DNA of 64,000 nucleotides from an uncultured Chloroflexia bacterium (GTDB taxonomy: Bacteria > Chloroflexota > Limnocylindria > Limnocylindrales > CSP1-4): positions 1 through 64,000 of the forward strand of contig CAVVJT010000008.1 of the NCBI GenBank assembly GCA_963748625.1, read 5' to 3'. Position 1 is the stretch's first letter. Each line of letters opens with the position of its first letter. The translations under genes and the position numbers were made by a program. Shown here piece by piece: positions 19,621 to 28,915 of the stretch. The notes beneath the pieces are model-generated. The model did not search any database, was not told where the DNA came from, and saw nothing but the letters and a program-made list of their open reading frames with translations.

Positions 19621-20283
19621 CTAGGCCGTCGCGAGCCGCCGTGCGATCAGACGGGCGACTGTCCAGACCAACCCGGCGAGAAGCAGGCCGAGGCCGAAGA
19701 CGGCCATCACCGACTCCGTCCAGAAGGCGACCGGGAAGAGCTGTGTGAGGCGTTCCACACGGGCGTCGAACGTGAAGTTCCCCTCGGGGAAGAAGACGAG
19801 GTGGAACGCCAGCCAGGCCTGGTCGAAGAACAGGGCGAAGACGACCCCGGCCACGATCGCCACAATGGCGGCGCCGATCGCCGCTTGGCCCAGGCGGCGC
19901 CACCACCAGGCCTCTCGCCGGTAGCGGACAGCAAGGATGGCCAGCGTCATCGCCGCCACGGCCACCAGCGCGGCGAACGCACGGATGACCAAGTACACGT
20001 CGCGCATGTGACCACGCTCAGCTGCGTCGAGCACGATCTGGCCCCCGGACGACACTGCGAAATCGGGAGGCCCGAGCGTGACGTCGGCAATGAGGGACTC
20101 GGTGATCCGCGCAACTTCCGCTGCAGGCCACGCTGTGATCGCGGGCACGTCTGCACGCCGTTGGGCAGGGAGCACCCACAGGGAATTGAAGAGCAGCGCG
20201 AGGCTCAGGCCGGCGATCACGATTGGGACCGACGCCGCCGTGAGCCAGCGGACGGACCTCGGCGGGCTCGATGCAGTGCTCAT
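19621..20283 (-). CDS. DUF1461-like integral membrane protein (Lit-like)
   Basis: ERGHMRDV...FFDQAWLAFHLVFFPEGNFTFD...LTQLFP. Confidence 0.75.
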   Translation of the reverse strand: MSTASSPPRSVRWLTAASVPIVIAGLSLALLFNSLWVLPAQRRADVPAITAWPAAEVARITESLIADVTLGPPDFAVSSGGQIVLDAAERGHMRDVYLVIRAFAALVAVAAMTLAILAVRYRREAWWWRRLGQAAIGAAIVAIVAGVVFALFFDQAWLAFHLVFFPEGNFTFDARVERLTQLFPVAFWTESVMAVFGLGLLLAGLVWTVARLIARRLATA

Positions 20284-20305
20284 GCCTCGTTCATGCAACG
20301 CTCAG
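20279..20305 (+). promoter_or_regulatory. box array N
   Basis: CTCAT 20279, TTCAT 20290, CTCAG 20301, N10, CAGGCT. Confidence 0.7.
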
Positions 20306-20365
20306 CGAAGGACGCCAGGCTTCTCGCGCCGGAGACATCTGGCACAAGACCGGAGACCTTCGAAC

Positions 20366-20638
20366 ATGCACCTGACCGAACTCGCAGTCATCGACTCTGC
20401 CGGGCAGCCGTCGGCCGCCTGCGCGACGTGCGGCTCCCATGTTGCGGCCGGGAGCGGGGTGACGGCCATCTTCCACGGCCGCACGCTGCGCTTCCGATGC
20501 GCGGGCTGCTACTCGCGGTTCGTGCTGGACGCCGACCACGCCCCCGAGGGCGTCTCGCGCGACTGCTGCAACGGCGATGCCTCCCACGCCGCGCCCAGCG
20601 CCTCGTGCGCCGTGCCCTACTCGGAGTGGTGCATCTGA
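20366..20638 (+). CDS. Cys-rich TRASH/YHS-like small protein
   Basis: CATCG...FHGRTLRFRCAGC...DCC...SC...EWCI; GGAG RBS. Confidence 0.65.
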   Translation: MHLTELAVIDSAGQPSAACATCGSHVAAGSGVTAIFHGRTLRFRCAGCYSRFVLDADHAPEGVSRDCCNGDASHAAPSASCAVPYSEWCI

Positions 20639-20664
20639 CGGATCACGTGCGGCGCCTGCACCCG

Positions 20665-21909
20665 TCACGCGGGTGAGCCCCGCGAGGAGCGTCGCCAGGA
20701 GAAGGTGCGCGTCTCGGCGCGCAGGCGTAGCAGGGCCTGCCGCGCGATCACGTAGGCGAGGACGGACCCGACGAACACGAGGCCGGTCCCCTGCCCCATG
20801 CGCGTCATGACCAGGGTGGCTGTGAGCGCGGCGAGCCCGAGACCGACGGCGGACTCGATGAGCTGGGCCGGGATCCGCCGAGCGCCTACCCGACGGTCCG
20901 ACGACCAGATTCCTGCGCCCGTCGTGATCCGGCCTGCGCAGCAACCCGTGAGGAAGCAGCCGATGCGCCCGACGGCGATGGCCAGGAAGAGCGCCGGCGC
21001 GACGGCATCGAGGTATCCCGCCACCGGGACCGCGAGGAGGAGTGCCAGGACGACAGCGACAACGGGCGCCGTCACGAGGAAGCCGTCGACCGACCAGCCC
21101 TCCCGCAGCGTCGCGACGCTGGGGCCCCTGAGGGCCATGTACCACGCCTTGGCGCCGGCCATCCCGATCGCGAGCGCGAGCACAGACGCCGCGATCGCGG
21201 GCCCGACGGGGACGCCGTGGTGTGCCAGGAACAAGGGCTGCACGAGCAATGACCCCACGATGGCGACGGCGGCAGCCACGAGGAAGCTGCCGGCGACCAC
21301 GCCGGGCGCGGCGGCCAGCGGGGCCGTGACCGCCCATCGGGTCGTTGCGGGTCCGCCAACTCCGACCATCGCCCAGCGGCGCCAGGACCATCCGACGGCG
21401 GGGAGCGCAAGAGGGTTCGCCGCGTGAGCGCGCTCGGGGCCAACGACCTCTGCCGTCACGTCCCACTCGCCCTGCGCGATCCCGTAGATCCATGATGTGG
21501 TGGACATCGGCCGGCCGCCCGGGACCACGCCGGCGATCATCTCGGTACGCATGAACCCATCCGCCGGCGTCAGTCTCCCGACCACGCCCAGGCGGCGTCC
21601 CGTGAGCCGGATGGTCGCCGTGTAGGGTGTGCCTCCTGACGGTCCGGGCTCGAACCTGTGCGAAACCACCAGGGCCGCCGGTTCCGCGGGCAGGGACTCG
21701 TCGTGTCCGGGCACGACCGGCGTGGCCTCTGGCACCCCGAGCGGGGGCTGCCCACCGGCGGCACTCGGGCCCAGCGATCGGGCTTCAGCCCCATGCGGTC
21801 CAGCGCGGCCGGCCGCTGGGAGCGCGGGCGCCGCCGTCGGGCGGTTGGCGGAGGGCCGCGCGCGGCCTGCGGCTCGGCGTTTGCTGCTCACCGGTGCCGG
21901 CCCGCCCAT
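20665..21909 (-). CDS. Lgt-family-like protein, copy 2
   Basis: Close paralog of 13453..14724 (GAKAWY, EGWSVDGF, GCFLTGCCAGR). Confidence 0.75.
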   Translation of the reverse strand: MGGPAPVSSKRRAAGRARPSANRPTAAPALPAAGRAGPHGAEARSLGPSAAGGQPPLGVPEATPVVPGHDESLPAEPAALVVSHRFEPGPSGGTPYTATIRLTGRRLGVVGRLTPADGFMRTEMIAGVVPGGRPMSTTSWIYGIAQGEWDVTAEVVGPERAHAANPLALPAVGWSWRRWAMVGVGGPATTRWAVTAPLAAAPGVVAGSFLVAAAVAIVGSLLVQPLFLAHHGVPVGPAIAASVLALAIGMAGAKAWYMALRGPSVATLREGWSVDGFLVTAPVVAVVLALLLAVPVAGYLDAVAPALFLAIAVGRIGCFLTGCCAGRITTGAGIWSSDRRVGARRIPAQLIESAVGLGLAALTATLVMTRMGQGTGLVFVGSVLAYVIARQALLRLRAETRTFSWRRSSRGSPA

Positions 21910-21924
21910 GCGTCGGACGACGCC

Positions 21925-22152
21925 CTATGCATCATGGCCGCCGCTGCCGACGGCGTGGTTGTGGGCAACCGGCTCTGATGCCGACCAGCGCACAGGATCG
22001 TCGCGAAACATGGACTCGCAGGCCGGGTCGCAGAACCAGTATGCGAGGCCGTCGTAGACCACCCTGGATGCCGCCGCGGGGTCTACCCGCATTCCGCAGA
22101 CGGGATCGGTTACGAGGGCGGATGTGTCGTGCGCGAGGTCGGGTGTGTGCAT
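21925..22152 (-). CDS. YHS domain protein, copy 2
   Basis: DPVCGMRVDP...YDGLAYWFCDPAC; AAGGAG RBS. Confidence 0.85.
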   Translation of the reverse strand: MHTPDLAHDTSALVTDPVCGMRVDPAAASRVVYDGLAYWFCDPACESMFRDDPVRWSASEPVAHNHAVGSGGHDA

Positions 22153-22281
22153 CGGCTTGCTCCTTGGGTGAGTCATGACTGGGTGGCGTGACCTGTCTGG
22201 TGGACCCCACCGCATCCAGAGCCTCACGTGAGGATCCTGACAAGCGCGACGCGGTCCATGCCCCGATGCTTGGCCAGGTGC

Positions 22282-22308
22282 GTGAGAGCCAGGTGAGCGG
22301 CCGGTGAG
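22282..22308 (-). promoter_or_regulatory. box array O
   Basis: GTGAG at 22282, 22293, 22304; on - strand N10 then AAGCAT. Confidence 0.75.
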
Positions 22309-22327
22309 AAGTGGGCCGAGCCTGCCC

Positions 22328-23734
22328 TCAGACCCGGCGGGCCGGGATGGCGATCGTCGCCCGGGTTCCGCCCTCAGGCCGTGGTGACAGGGAGATCGTG
22401 GCGCCATGTGCCTCGACGATCCAGTGCGCGATCGCGAGCCCGAGCCCCGTGCCCGACGGTCGGATCTGGCGTGCCCGACGGCCGCGATAGAGGCGCTCGA
22501 AGAGATGCGCAGCATCCTCGTCATCAATCCCGATGCCGGAATCATCGACGATCACCACTGCCGAGGCGTCGCGGGCCACCAGGCGTGCGGTGACGGAGCC
22601 GCCGGCTGGTGTATAGCGCGCCGCGTTGTCCAGGATGATCCCGAAGAGCTCACGGAGGCGGTCTGCGTCGCCTTCGACGACCACCGGCTCGACCGCCGCA
22701 ACGGACATCCGCACGTGCGTCGAGGCCTGCCGCTGGCGCCGGACGCAGTCGACGAGGAGCGCATCGAGCTCCACCGGCCCGAACACGAGCCGGTCGCCGG
22801 ACTCGGCGCGGGCGAGTGAGAGGAGGTCGGCGATGAGGCGGCCCATCCGCTCTGCCTCCTCCCGGGCATCGCCGAGGATGGCAGCCCGATCTACCGGGTC
22901 GATGCCCGGTCGCGTGGCCAGATCGAGGTTCGCTCGGATCACCGTCAGCGGCGTCCTGAGCTGGTGCGACGCATCGCCGAGGAATCGCTGGAGCGCGAGG
23001 TGGCTCTCCTCCAGTGCCTCCAGCATTTCGTTGAATGCCAGCACGAGCTCCCCGACCTCATCGGGTGTATCGGGACCTACGACGCGTGCGCCGAAGTCGC
23101 CCGAGAGGGCGATCGCCCGCGCCGTCTCGGTAACGTCGGCGACGGGGGTGAGGGCGCGGCGGGCGAGCAGCAAGCCCGCGACGAGCGCGAGGAGGGCAAC
23201 GGCAGCCCCACCGACGACGAGCGCGAGCCGCACCGTGTCGAGCAGCGATCGCAGGGGCCGGGTGCTGTCCGCCCACACCACGTATCCGATGGTGGTGCTA
23301 TTCGCCGTACTCACGGCCTGGACGGTCATCCGCAGCGTATCGCCGGTCACCGGCTGCTCGTGGATGCGGTGCTCGTGCCGGTCGGCGGTCGCGATGTCAT
23401 CGGGTGATACCGGCAGACCGGCCTCCCCGACGGGCGCCGAGTCGGCGATCTCGCGGCCCGAGGCATCGAGCACGAGGACACGGCCTCCCGTGGAGGCGAG
23501 CTGCGACACGAGCCGCTCGCTTGGCGCCAGGCGGCCTGCAGCGTCAACGTCCTGGGCCAGCGCCCCGGCGGCGTGCTCGGCGTTCGCGACGAGCGAATTG
23601 TCGAATGACGCCTCGAGCTCGCGGCCCATCACGAGGTATACGCCGCCCCCGAACACCGCGAGCGCCGCGACCAGCAGGCCCGTGTAGAGCAGCGCGAGCC
23701 GGAGCCGGATGCTCCGCGCAGGCAGGCGGCTCAC
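22328..23734 (-). CDS. sensor histidine kinase (MprB-like)
   Basis: Two [27 protein letters not shown]. Confidence 0.9.
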   Translation of the reverse strand: MSRLPARSIRLRLALLYTGLLVAALAVFGGGVYLVMGRELEASFDNSLVANAEHAAGALAQDVDAAGRLAPSERLVSQLASTGGRVLVLDASGREIADSAPVGEAGLPVSPDDIATADRHEHRIHEQPVTGDTLRMTVQAVSTANSTTIGYVVWADSTRPLRSLLDTVRLALVVGGAAVALLALVAGLLLARRALTPVADVTETARAIALSGDFGARVVGPDTPDEVGELVLAFNEMLEALEESHLALQRFLGDASHQLRTPLTVIRANLDLATRPGIDPVDRAAILGDAREEAERMGRLIADLLSLARAESGDRLVFGPVELDALLVDCVRRQRQASTHVRMSVAAVEPVVVEGDADRLRELFGIILDNAARYTPAGGSVTARLVARDASAVVIVDDSGIGIDDEDAAHLFERLYRGRRARQIRPSGTGLGLAIAHWIVEAHGATISLSPRPEGGTRATIAIPARRV

Positions 23735-24414
23735 GCGTCCTTGAGCACGTAGCCCGCGCCGCGGATCGTGTGGATCAGGCGCGGCTCGCCATCCGCCTCG
23801 AGCTTGCCCCGCAGGTACCGGACGTAGACCTCCAGCACGTTCAATTCGCCCTCGAAGTCGTACGACCACACGTGGTCCATGATCACGTCGCGGGTGAGCA
23901 CCTTGCGCGGGTGGCGCATGAACAGCAGGAGGAGGTTGTACTCGGTGGTCGTGAGGTCGATCCGTCGCGGGCCGCGGCGCGCTTCCCGGGCATCCACATC
24001 AAACTCGAGGTCAGCAAAGCGGAGCACCTCCCCGGACGGCGACGTCCGCCGCCGGAGCAGCGCGTGGACGCGCGCGAGCAGCTCCTCGAAGTTGAACGGC
24101 TTGACCAGGTAGTCGTCGGCCCCGTTCTCGAGGCCTTCGACGCGGTCCTTCACCTCGTCGCGGGCCGTAAGCATCAGGATGGCCACCTGGTCCCCTCCAG
24201 CACGAAGCCGGCGGGTGACCTCGAGACCGTCGATGCCCGGCATCATCACGTCGAGGATCACAAGTTCCGGCAGGTGCTCCCGGGCCTTCTCTAGCCCATC
24301 CTCACCGGAAGTCGCCTCGATGACTCGATAGCCCTCATAGGCCAGACCCCGGCGGACCACGGTCCTGATCTTGGGGTCGTCATCGACGACCAGGATGCGC
24401 GTGGGATCGGCCAT
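23731..24414 (-). CDS. OmpR-family response regulator, MprA-like
   Basis: [50 protein letters not shown]. Confidence 0.9.
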   Translation of the reverse strand: MADPTRILVVDDDPKIRTVVRRGLAYEGYRVIEATSGEDGLEKAREHLPELVILDVMMPGIDGLEVTRRLRAGGDQVAILMLTARDEVKDRVEGLENGADDYLVKPFNFEELLARVHALLRRRTSPSGEVLRFADLEFDVDAREARRGPRRIDLTTTEYNLLLLFMRHPRKVLTRDVIMDHVWSYDFEGELNVLEVYVRYLRGKLEADGEPRLIHTIRGAGYVLKDA

Positions 24415-24538
24415 GGAGCCGCCGCCTCCAGTGGATGGTCCTCGGCCGGGTGGCGGGCCGGTGGCGCAATTATCGCGCCGCTGGAAGCCGAGGGACGCCA
24501 CCGCCCAAGAGAACTGAGCGCATCATGCGCCCCTGGAC

Positions 24539-24565
24539 CTGAGAACAGCATGAGTTGTAGATGAG
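24539..24565 (-). promoter_or_regulatory. box array P (autoregulatory candidate)
   Basis: CTGAG 24539, ATGAG 24550, ATGAG 24561 upstream of the response regulator. Confidence 0.7.
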
Positions 24566-24672
24566 TGGAGGCCGCATCTCCGGTACAGGAGCGAACCTGA
24601 GACGCACCTGGGTTGCTGACGCCGTTTGGCGCTGACGCGGGCAAGACTGCGGTCAGTGCAGCCGGTGGCCGA

Positions 24673-24981
24673 TCAATGGCAGCCGCCACGCCGCTGGTCA
24701 TCCGGGCTCGTGGCGGCGGTCGGATCCTGCGCCACCCCCGACTCCGTCTCGCGGGCGTCCGGGGATGATCCGGCATGACCTCCGTGCATGCCGTGCCCGA
24801 ACAGGTGCATTCCGATCATGCCGCCGAAGAGTCCGATCGACAGGAGCGACGAGGGCGTGACGACGCCGAGGTAGAGAAGGACGCCAGCTCCCACCGCGAG
24901 CAAGAGCGCGGGCAGAACCCAGCGGGGACGGCGGCCGGTGCGGCCCACGGTGTGGTCGGTGTGGTCGGTGTGCGCGGCCAT
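24673..24981 (-). CDS. DUF2933-like His-rich small membrane protein
   Basis: Two TM, MHLFGHGMHGGH, C-terminal GGCH; GGAGG RBS. Confidence 0.65.
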   Translation of the reverse strand: MAAHTDHTDHTVGRTGRRPRWVLPALLLAVGAGVLLYLGVVTPSSLLSIGLFGGMIGMHLFGHGMHGGHAGSSPDARETESGVAQDPTAATSPDDQRRGGCH

Positions 24982-25053
24982 GCGGCAACCTCCAGTTGCG
25001 GGGTGATCAGGTGATCTGGCGACGTGTCCGGACAGAGCACCCAGGGTTTGGCG

Positions 25054-25695
25054 TCAGGGTTCGGAGCTCGCGGGCGCTCGGGCGGAGATCGACGGCACGG
25101 CCCACTCCGAGACCTCGCCGTCATCACGAGGGGCGAACGCGCGGGAACTGGCACGAAGGATCGCGAGCGCGATTGCGAGACTCGCACCAGCTGACACCGT
25201 GAAGGTCATCAGGACGGGATCGTCCGCCACCAGGGCACTGGCAACTCCAAGCCACATGACCAGCAACGGCGCCCATATGGGCACATCCGCGGCGGTCGGG
25301 GGCAAGCGGCGTCGCGGTGGATGAGTCCGACGGATCAGGCGACCGCGATACTGCCCCCTACCGCACGTGAAGCGGATCTCCCCGGCCGCGGCCGCAGGCA
25401 GATCCACGATGGTGTCCGACTGTGGAGCCAGGTGGCGGACAAGGCGGGGCTCGGAGAACACCACGCGATCGGAGCAGTCCTGCCGGTCGCGTCGGAGGAA
25501 GACGAGCCGGATCGGCACGCCCGCGCGAGCCTCGACCACCGAAGGATGGTAGCCGTTCGCGACCAGGACCTCGAAGACCTGCAGGCCCGAGGACTCGACG
25601 AACCTCGCCTGCGGGTTGTCCGTGCTGACACGCTGCGCGACGGCCCTGAGCCGGATGCGAGCAGGCCGATGAACGAGACGCCCCACGATGTCCAT
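25054..25695 (-). CDS. cupredoxin-domain membrane protein, paralog of 7775..8344
   Basis: GYHPSVVEARAGVPIRLVF...DC...RFTCGRG plus C-terminal TM pair. Confidence 0.7.
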   Translation of the reverse strand: MDIVGRLVHRPARIRLRAVAQRVSTDNPQARFVESSGLQVFEVLVANGYHPSVVEARAGVPIRLVFLRRDRQDCSDRVVFSEPRLVRHLAPQSDTIVDLPAAAAGEIRFTCGRGQYRGRLIRRTHPPRRRLPPTAADVPIWAPLLVMWLGVASALVADDPVLMTFTVSAGASLAIALAILRASSRAFAPRDDGEVSEWAVPSISARAPASSEP

Positions 25696-25717
25696 GACGA
25701 GAGGGTCGAGGCACCAC

Positions 25718-25755
25718 CTGAAGGGCGGATGAGCGGGGGCTGACGCCGGCCTGAG
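25718..25755 (-). promoter_or_regulatory. box array Q (four copies)
   Basis: CTGAA 25718, ATGAG 25729, CTGAC 25740, CTGAG 25751; on - strand N10, GACCCT, N6, ATG 25695. Confidence 0.75.
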
Positions 25756-25842
25756 AAGCGCCAGCCGCCGCCCGAACCTGGGCCGCCGTGGCCGTGCGGT
25801 GTCGCCGCGGGGTTCCCCGCAGCCGGTTCGTGGTCCGGAGTT

Positions 25843-25869
25843 CTCATGCCCCACTCACCCGGGACTCAG
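25843..25869 (+). promoter_or_regulatory. box array R (CAP gene)
   Basis: CTCAT 25843, CTCAC 25854, CTCAG 25865, N10, GAGCCT. Confidence 0.75.
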
Positions 25870-25949
25870 GTGACTCCGCGAGCCTCAAGGGGTCCGCGCT
25901 TGCTCGCTGGCACGGACGTCCCACCCTCATCCAGACGAAAGGAACGGCT

Positions 25950-26546
25950 GTGCGGTTCACCTCTTCCAGCGCCCATCCGGCGTCTATCAGCACGCGGCTA
26001 TCGGGGATCGTAGGCGCTGCCCTCGTTGCGTCGATCATGGCGTTCGCTGCGTCCGCAGCTGCGCCAGCCGTCACCTCGGCGGCTGATCCCCCGTGGTACG
26101 GAGCCGAGACCTACTACCTCGGGCTGGTCAACTGCACACGCACCGGCGGATGGGTACGCACCGACGGGACCTGCAAGGACTACGGATCCGGCAAGTACTC
26201 GAAGTACGTCGCGCCGCTCAAGCTGAGCGCCGGCATCTCGAACGTTTCGCGAGGCTGGGCCAAGTACCTTGCTGTGGGGAACCGCTGCGTCCACGGCGAT
26301 CCTGCTGCGCGCCTGCGCAAGGCCGGCTACACCAGCTATCGGTGGGCCGAGAACATCGGGTGCCGGGATGGGTACGCGAGTGCCAAGAAGGCCGTCCTCG
26401 CGACGCACCGCTTCTACCAGTCCGAGAAGCCGACGAACGGCGGGCACTGGCGGAACATCAAGAATCCCGTCTACAAGCTCATTGGCATCGGCGTGTGGCG
26501 TTCCGGTTCCAGAACGCGCTTGGTGACGGACTTCTACACTCCCTGA
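25950..26546 (+). CDS. secreted CAP/SCP domain protein
   Basis: Signal peptide, WAENIG, GGHWRNIKNP, IGIGV. Confidence 0.8.
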   Translation: MRFTSSSAHPASISTRLSGIVGAALVASIMAFAASAAAPAVTSAADPPWYGAETYYLGLVNCTRTGGWVRTDGTCKDYGSGKYSKYVAPLKLSAGISNVSRGWAKYLAVGNRCVHGDPAARLRKAGYTSYRWAENIGCRDGYASAKKAVLATHRFYQSEKPTNGGHWRNIKNPVYKLIGIGVWRSGSRTRLVTDFYTP

Positions 26547-26772
26547 CGGTCGTACGCCCCCGTTCTGCAGCCGATGCGCCGGGTCATCCGCAGTACCTGG
26601 CTCATCAACCCCTCGGCGCGCAGTTCGGCCTCGGCTTCGGACGCCTGTCGGTCCAGGGCGAACGATGGGCCGCCGATGCTGGCGCGACGACGGGTTGTCG
26701 GGCGCAAGATGCACGTCGGCGACCATCGCCGATCATGCCGCGACGATCGTGGTGCGTCTGAGAGGAGAAGCC

Positions 26773-26829
26773 ATGGACAAGAAGGCAAAGACCCCGAAGA
26801 AGCCGAAGGCCACAAAGCCGAAGGCCTGA
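26773..26829 (+). CDS. 18-aa Lys-rich micropeptide MDKKAKTPKKPKATKPKA
   Basis: GAGGAG RBS just upstream; all Lys codons are AAG. Confidence 0.5.
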   Translation: MDKKAKTPKKPKATKPKA

Positions 26830-27367
26830 CTCGCAGCGTCGAGGCGAGGTCGACCCGGAACAGCCGCAGCAGGTCGATGAGGTAGGTTCCCGGGGGTCAA
26901 GACCTCATGCCCCTCCGACCTCAATGTCGTCCTGTGAACAGGCCCCAAGGCGTACACGATCACGTACACTCCTCGGTTGCTGGTGACAGCTTGAGCGTCG
27001 ATCCTGTGCACAGGTCGCCAGCGCTCTTGGTGCGGCTGGGCGCCCCATTGGGGCTGACCGAGGAGCTCGAGGTGTGTCCGTGCAAGATCGTGTCGCCCGC
27101 TGCCAACCGAATCGCAAGCTGAGCGGCGCTGGTCAGCCGCACCCGCCCACAGGGTCGCGTTGATCGAGCGACCCGGCTACCGCCGGGTCTCGCTGCCCGT
27201 GGCCGGACTGCCGCACTCGTCTGCGCCGCCGCCGCGGTCCGCGCTGATCCACGCCCTGGCGATGGTGATCCGTGACGCGATGGAGGCCGATGCATTGAAC
27301 ACGATCGGCTCGGAATCCGCGGACGCCGGAACTACACTCCCTGCCCCAGACATGACACCCACACCTG

Positions 27368-28915
27368 ATGGCGAACGCGACGACCCCCCGGCTGCCTAGA
27401 GCCCTCGAAGACCTTCGAGGGCTTCGAGCCGCGCGCTGGATCCGGGAGTCGACCCGGGGGCAGTACGACAACTACGGCCCCGAGGCGCAGCGCGACCAGC
27501 AGGACCGTGCCGTCCTGCGCTGGGATCTCGTCGACACCGGTATCGAGTGGCAGGTCGCCCACTCCGGTCGGACCGTCGGGTCCACGGCGCAGTTCCAGGA
27601 GATGGTGGCGCGGGCGGGCCGCGACTACGACGTCCTGCTGGTCGGCTACGTGTCCCGCTTCGCCCGCAACCTGCGCACCGCCGTGAATGCCCAGCACGAC
27701 CTCCACGCGGCCGGAGCGTCGATCCTGTTCTGCGACGAACGCGTGCTGTCCTCCGACGAGGACGAGTGGGAGGCCTGGGCCCGCGAGACGGTAGAGGCCG
27801 AGGCCTACAGCCGGCGACTGGGCAAGCGGATCCGCGAGGGCTATGCGGCCAAGTACCGGCGCCTCTCGGATCCGGGCGGCTTCGCGCCGCTCGGCTTCCG
27901 GCGGACGAGCGAGCGCCCCCGGACCCTCGAGGTCGACCCGGAGTCCATCGAGGAGGCCGTCGGGCTGTTCATGGGCTACGCCGCTGGCGACGTGTCGATC
28001 GAGGAACTCGCACGCTCGCGCGAGATGAACGACCGCACGGTCAACGACATCCTCAAGAACCCGATCTACAACGGCTGGGTCCAGCGCAAGGGTGACCGAA
28101 CCGAGGCCCCGTGGCGTGGCCACCCTCCGGTGGACGATCTGCTCTGGTCGCGCGTGCAGGAACTGATGGCCGCACGATCGCGCGGGGGAGGTCCTCGCAT
28201 ACCGGACCGCCCGGACCTGCTGCGTGGCTTGCTTCGCTGTGCCTGCGGCTCGACGATCCGGGCATCAGGTGTGATGCGCGGACGACACCGGCGCCTCCAC
28301 TCGGACCAGCCGTGCCCCGAAGGCGTGACCAAGAAGCTGTGGGACACCCAGACTTGGCTGGCACCGATCGAGGCCCAGGTCGCGGGTATGCGGCTCGACG
28401 CGCCCACGATGGGCGAGGTCGTCCAATCGCTGGGCGAGATGGCTCAGCCCCCGGCCCCGGTCGACCTCGAGCGCCTCGAGCGCCGGCGCCGCCGGTTGGG
28501 AGAGGCCTTCGCCGCGGGGGAGATCGGCGAGCGCGAGCTCATCGTCGGCATGCGCCGTCTCAAGGAGGAGGCCGCGGCCGCACCGCGACCGAGAGTCGGA
28601 TCGGCCGTGACCGAAGCCGCAGCTATCGCGTACATCCGCCAGTTCGCGATCAGCTGGGCGAGCGCGCGCCCGCAGAGCAGGGCGTCACTGCTTCGGACCA
28701 TCTACCGGGAGATCGTCGTCCGCGGTGACGAGTTCATCTCGATCTTCCTCACGGACGAGGCGTACGCGCACGGACTGGCGGCTGCGATGCCTCAGGAGGT
28801 CGAGGTTCCGGTGCTGCCCGGCAGAGGGCGCCCGCGGAAAAGTATGGCTTTGGCGCGCCCGACAGGATTCGAACCTGCGACCTTCGGCTCCGGAGGCCGA
28901 CGCTCTATCCACTGA
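27368..28915 (+). CDS. large serine recombinase (integrase)
   Basis: RWIRES catalytic motif, VSRFARN, recombinase domain (LKNPIYNG), zinc ribbon LLRCACG. Confidence 0.9.
   Translation: MANATTPRLPRALEDLRGLRAARWIRESTRGQYDNYGPEAQRDQQDRAVLRWDLVDTGIEWQVAHSGRTVGSTAQFQEMVARAGRDYDVLLVGYVSRFARNLRTAVNAQHDLHAAGASILFCDERVLSSDEDEWEAWARETVEAEAYSRRLGKRIREGYAAKYRRLSDPGGFAPLGFRRTSERPRTLEVDPESIEEAVGLFMGYAAGDVSIEELARSREMNDRTVNDILKNPIYNGWVQRKGDRTEAPWRGHPPVDDLLWSRVQELMAARSRGGGPRIPDRPDLLRGLLRCACGSTIRASGVMRGRHRRLHSDQPCPEGVTKKLWDTQTWLAPIEAQVAGMRLDAPTMGEVVQSLGEMAQPPAPVDLERLERRRRRLGEAFAAGEIGERELIVGMRRLKEEAAAAPRPRVGSAVTEAAAIAYIRQFAISWASARPQSRASLLRTIYREIVVRGDEFISIFLTDEAYAHGLAAAMPQEVEVPVLPGRGRPRKSMALARPTGFEPATFGSGGRRSIH

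Larger units (their letters stand above)
4150..28850. mobile_element. copper/envelope-stress genomic island integrated at tRNA-Arg, left end not visible
   Basis: Serine recombinase abutting the tRNA 3' end, accessory metal genes, many pseudogenes, shared promoter motif. Confidence 0.75.
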
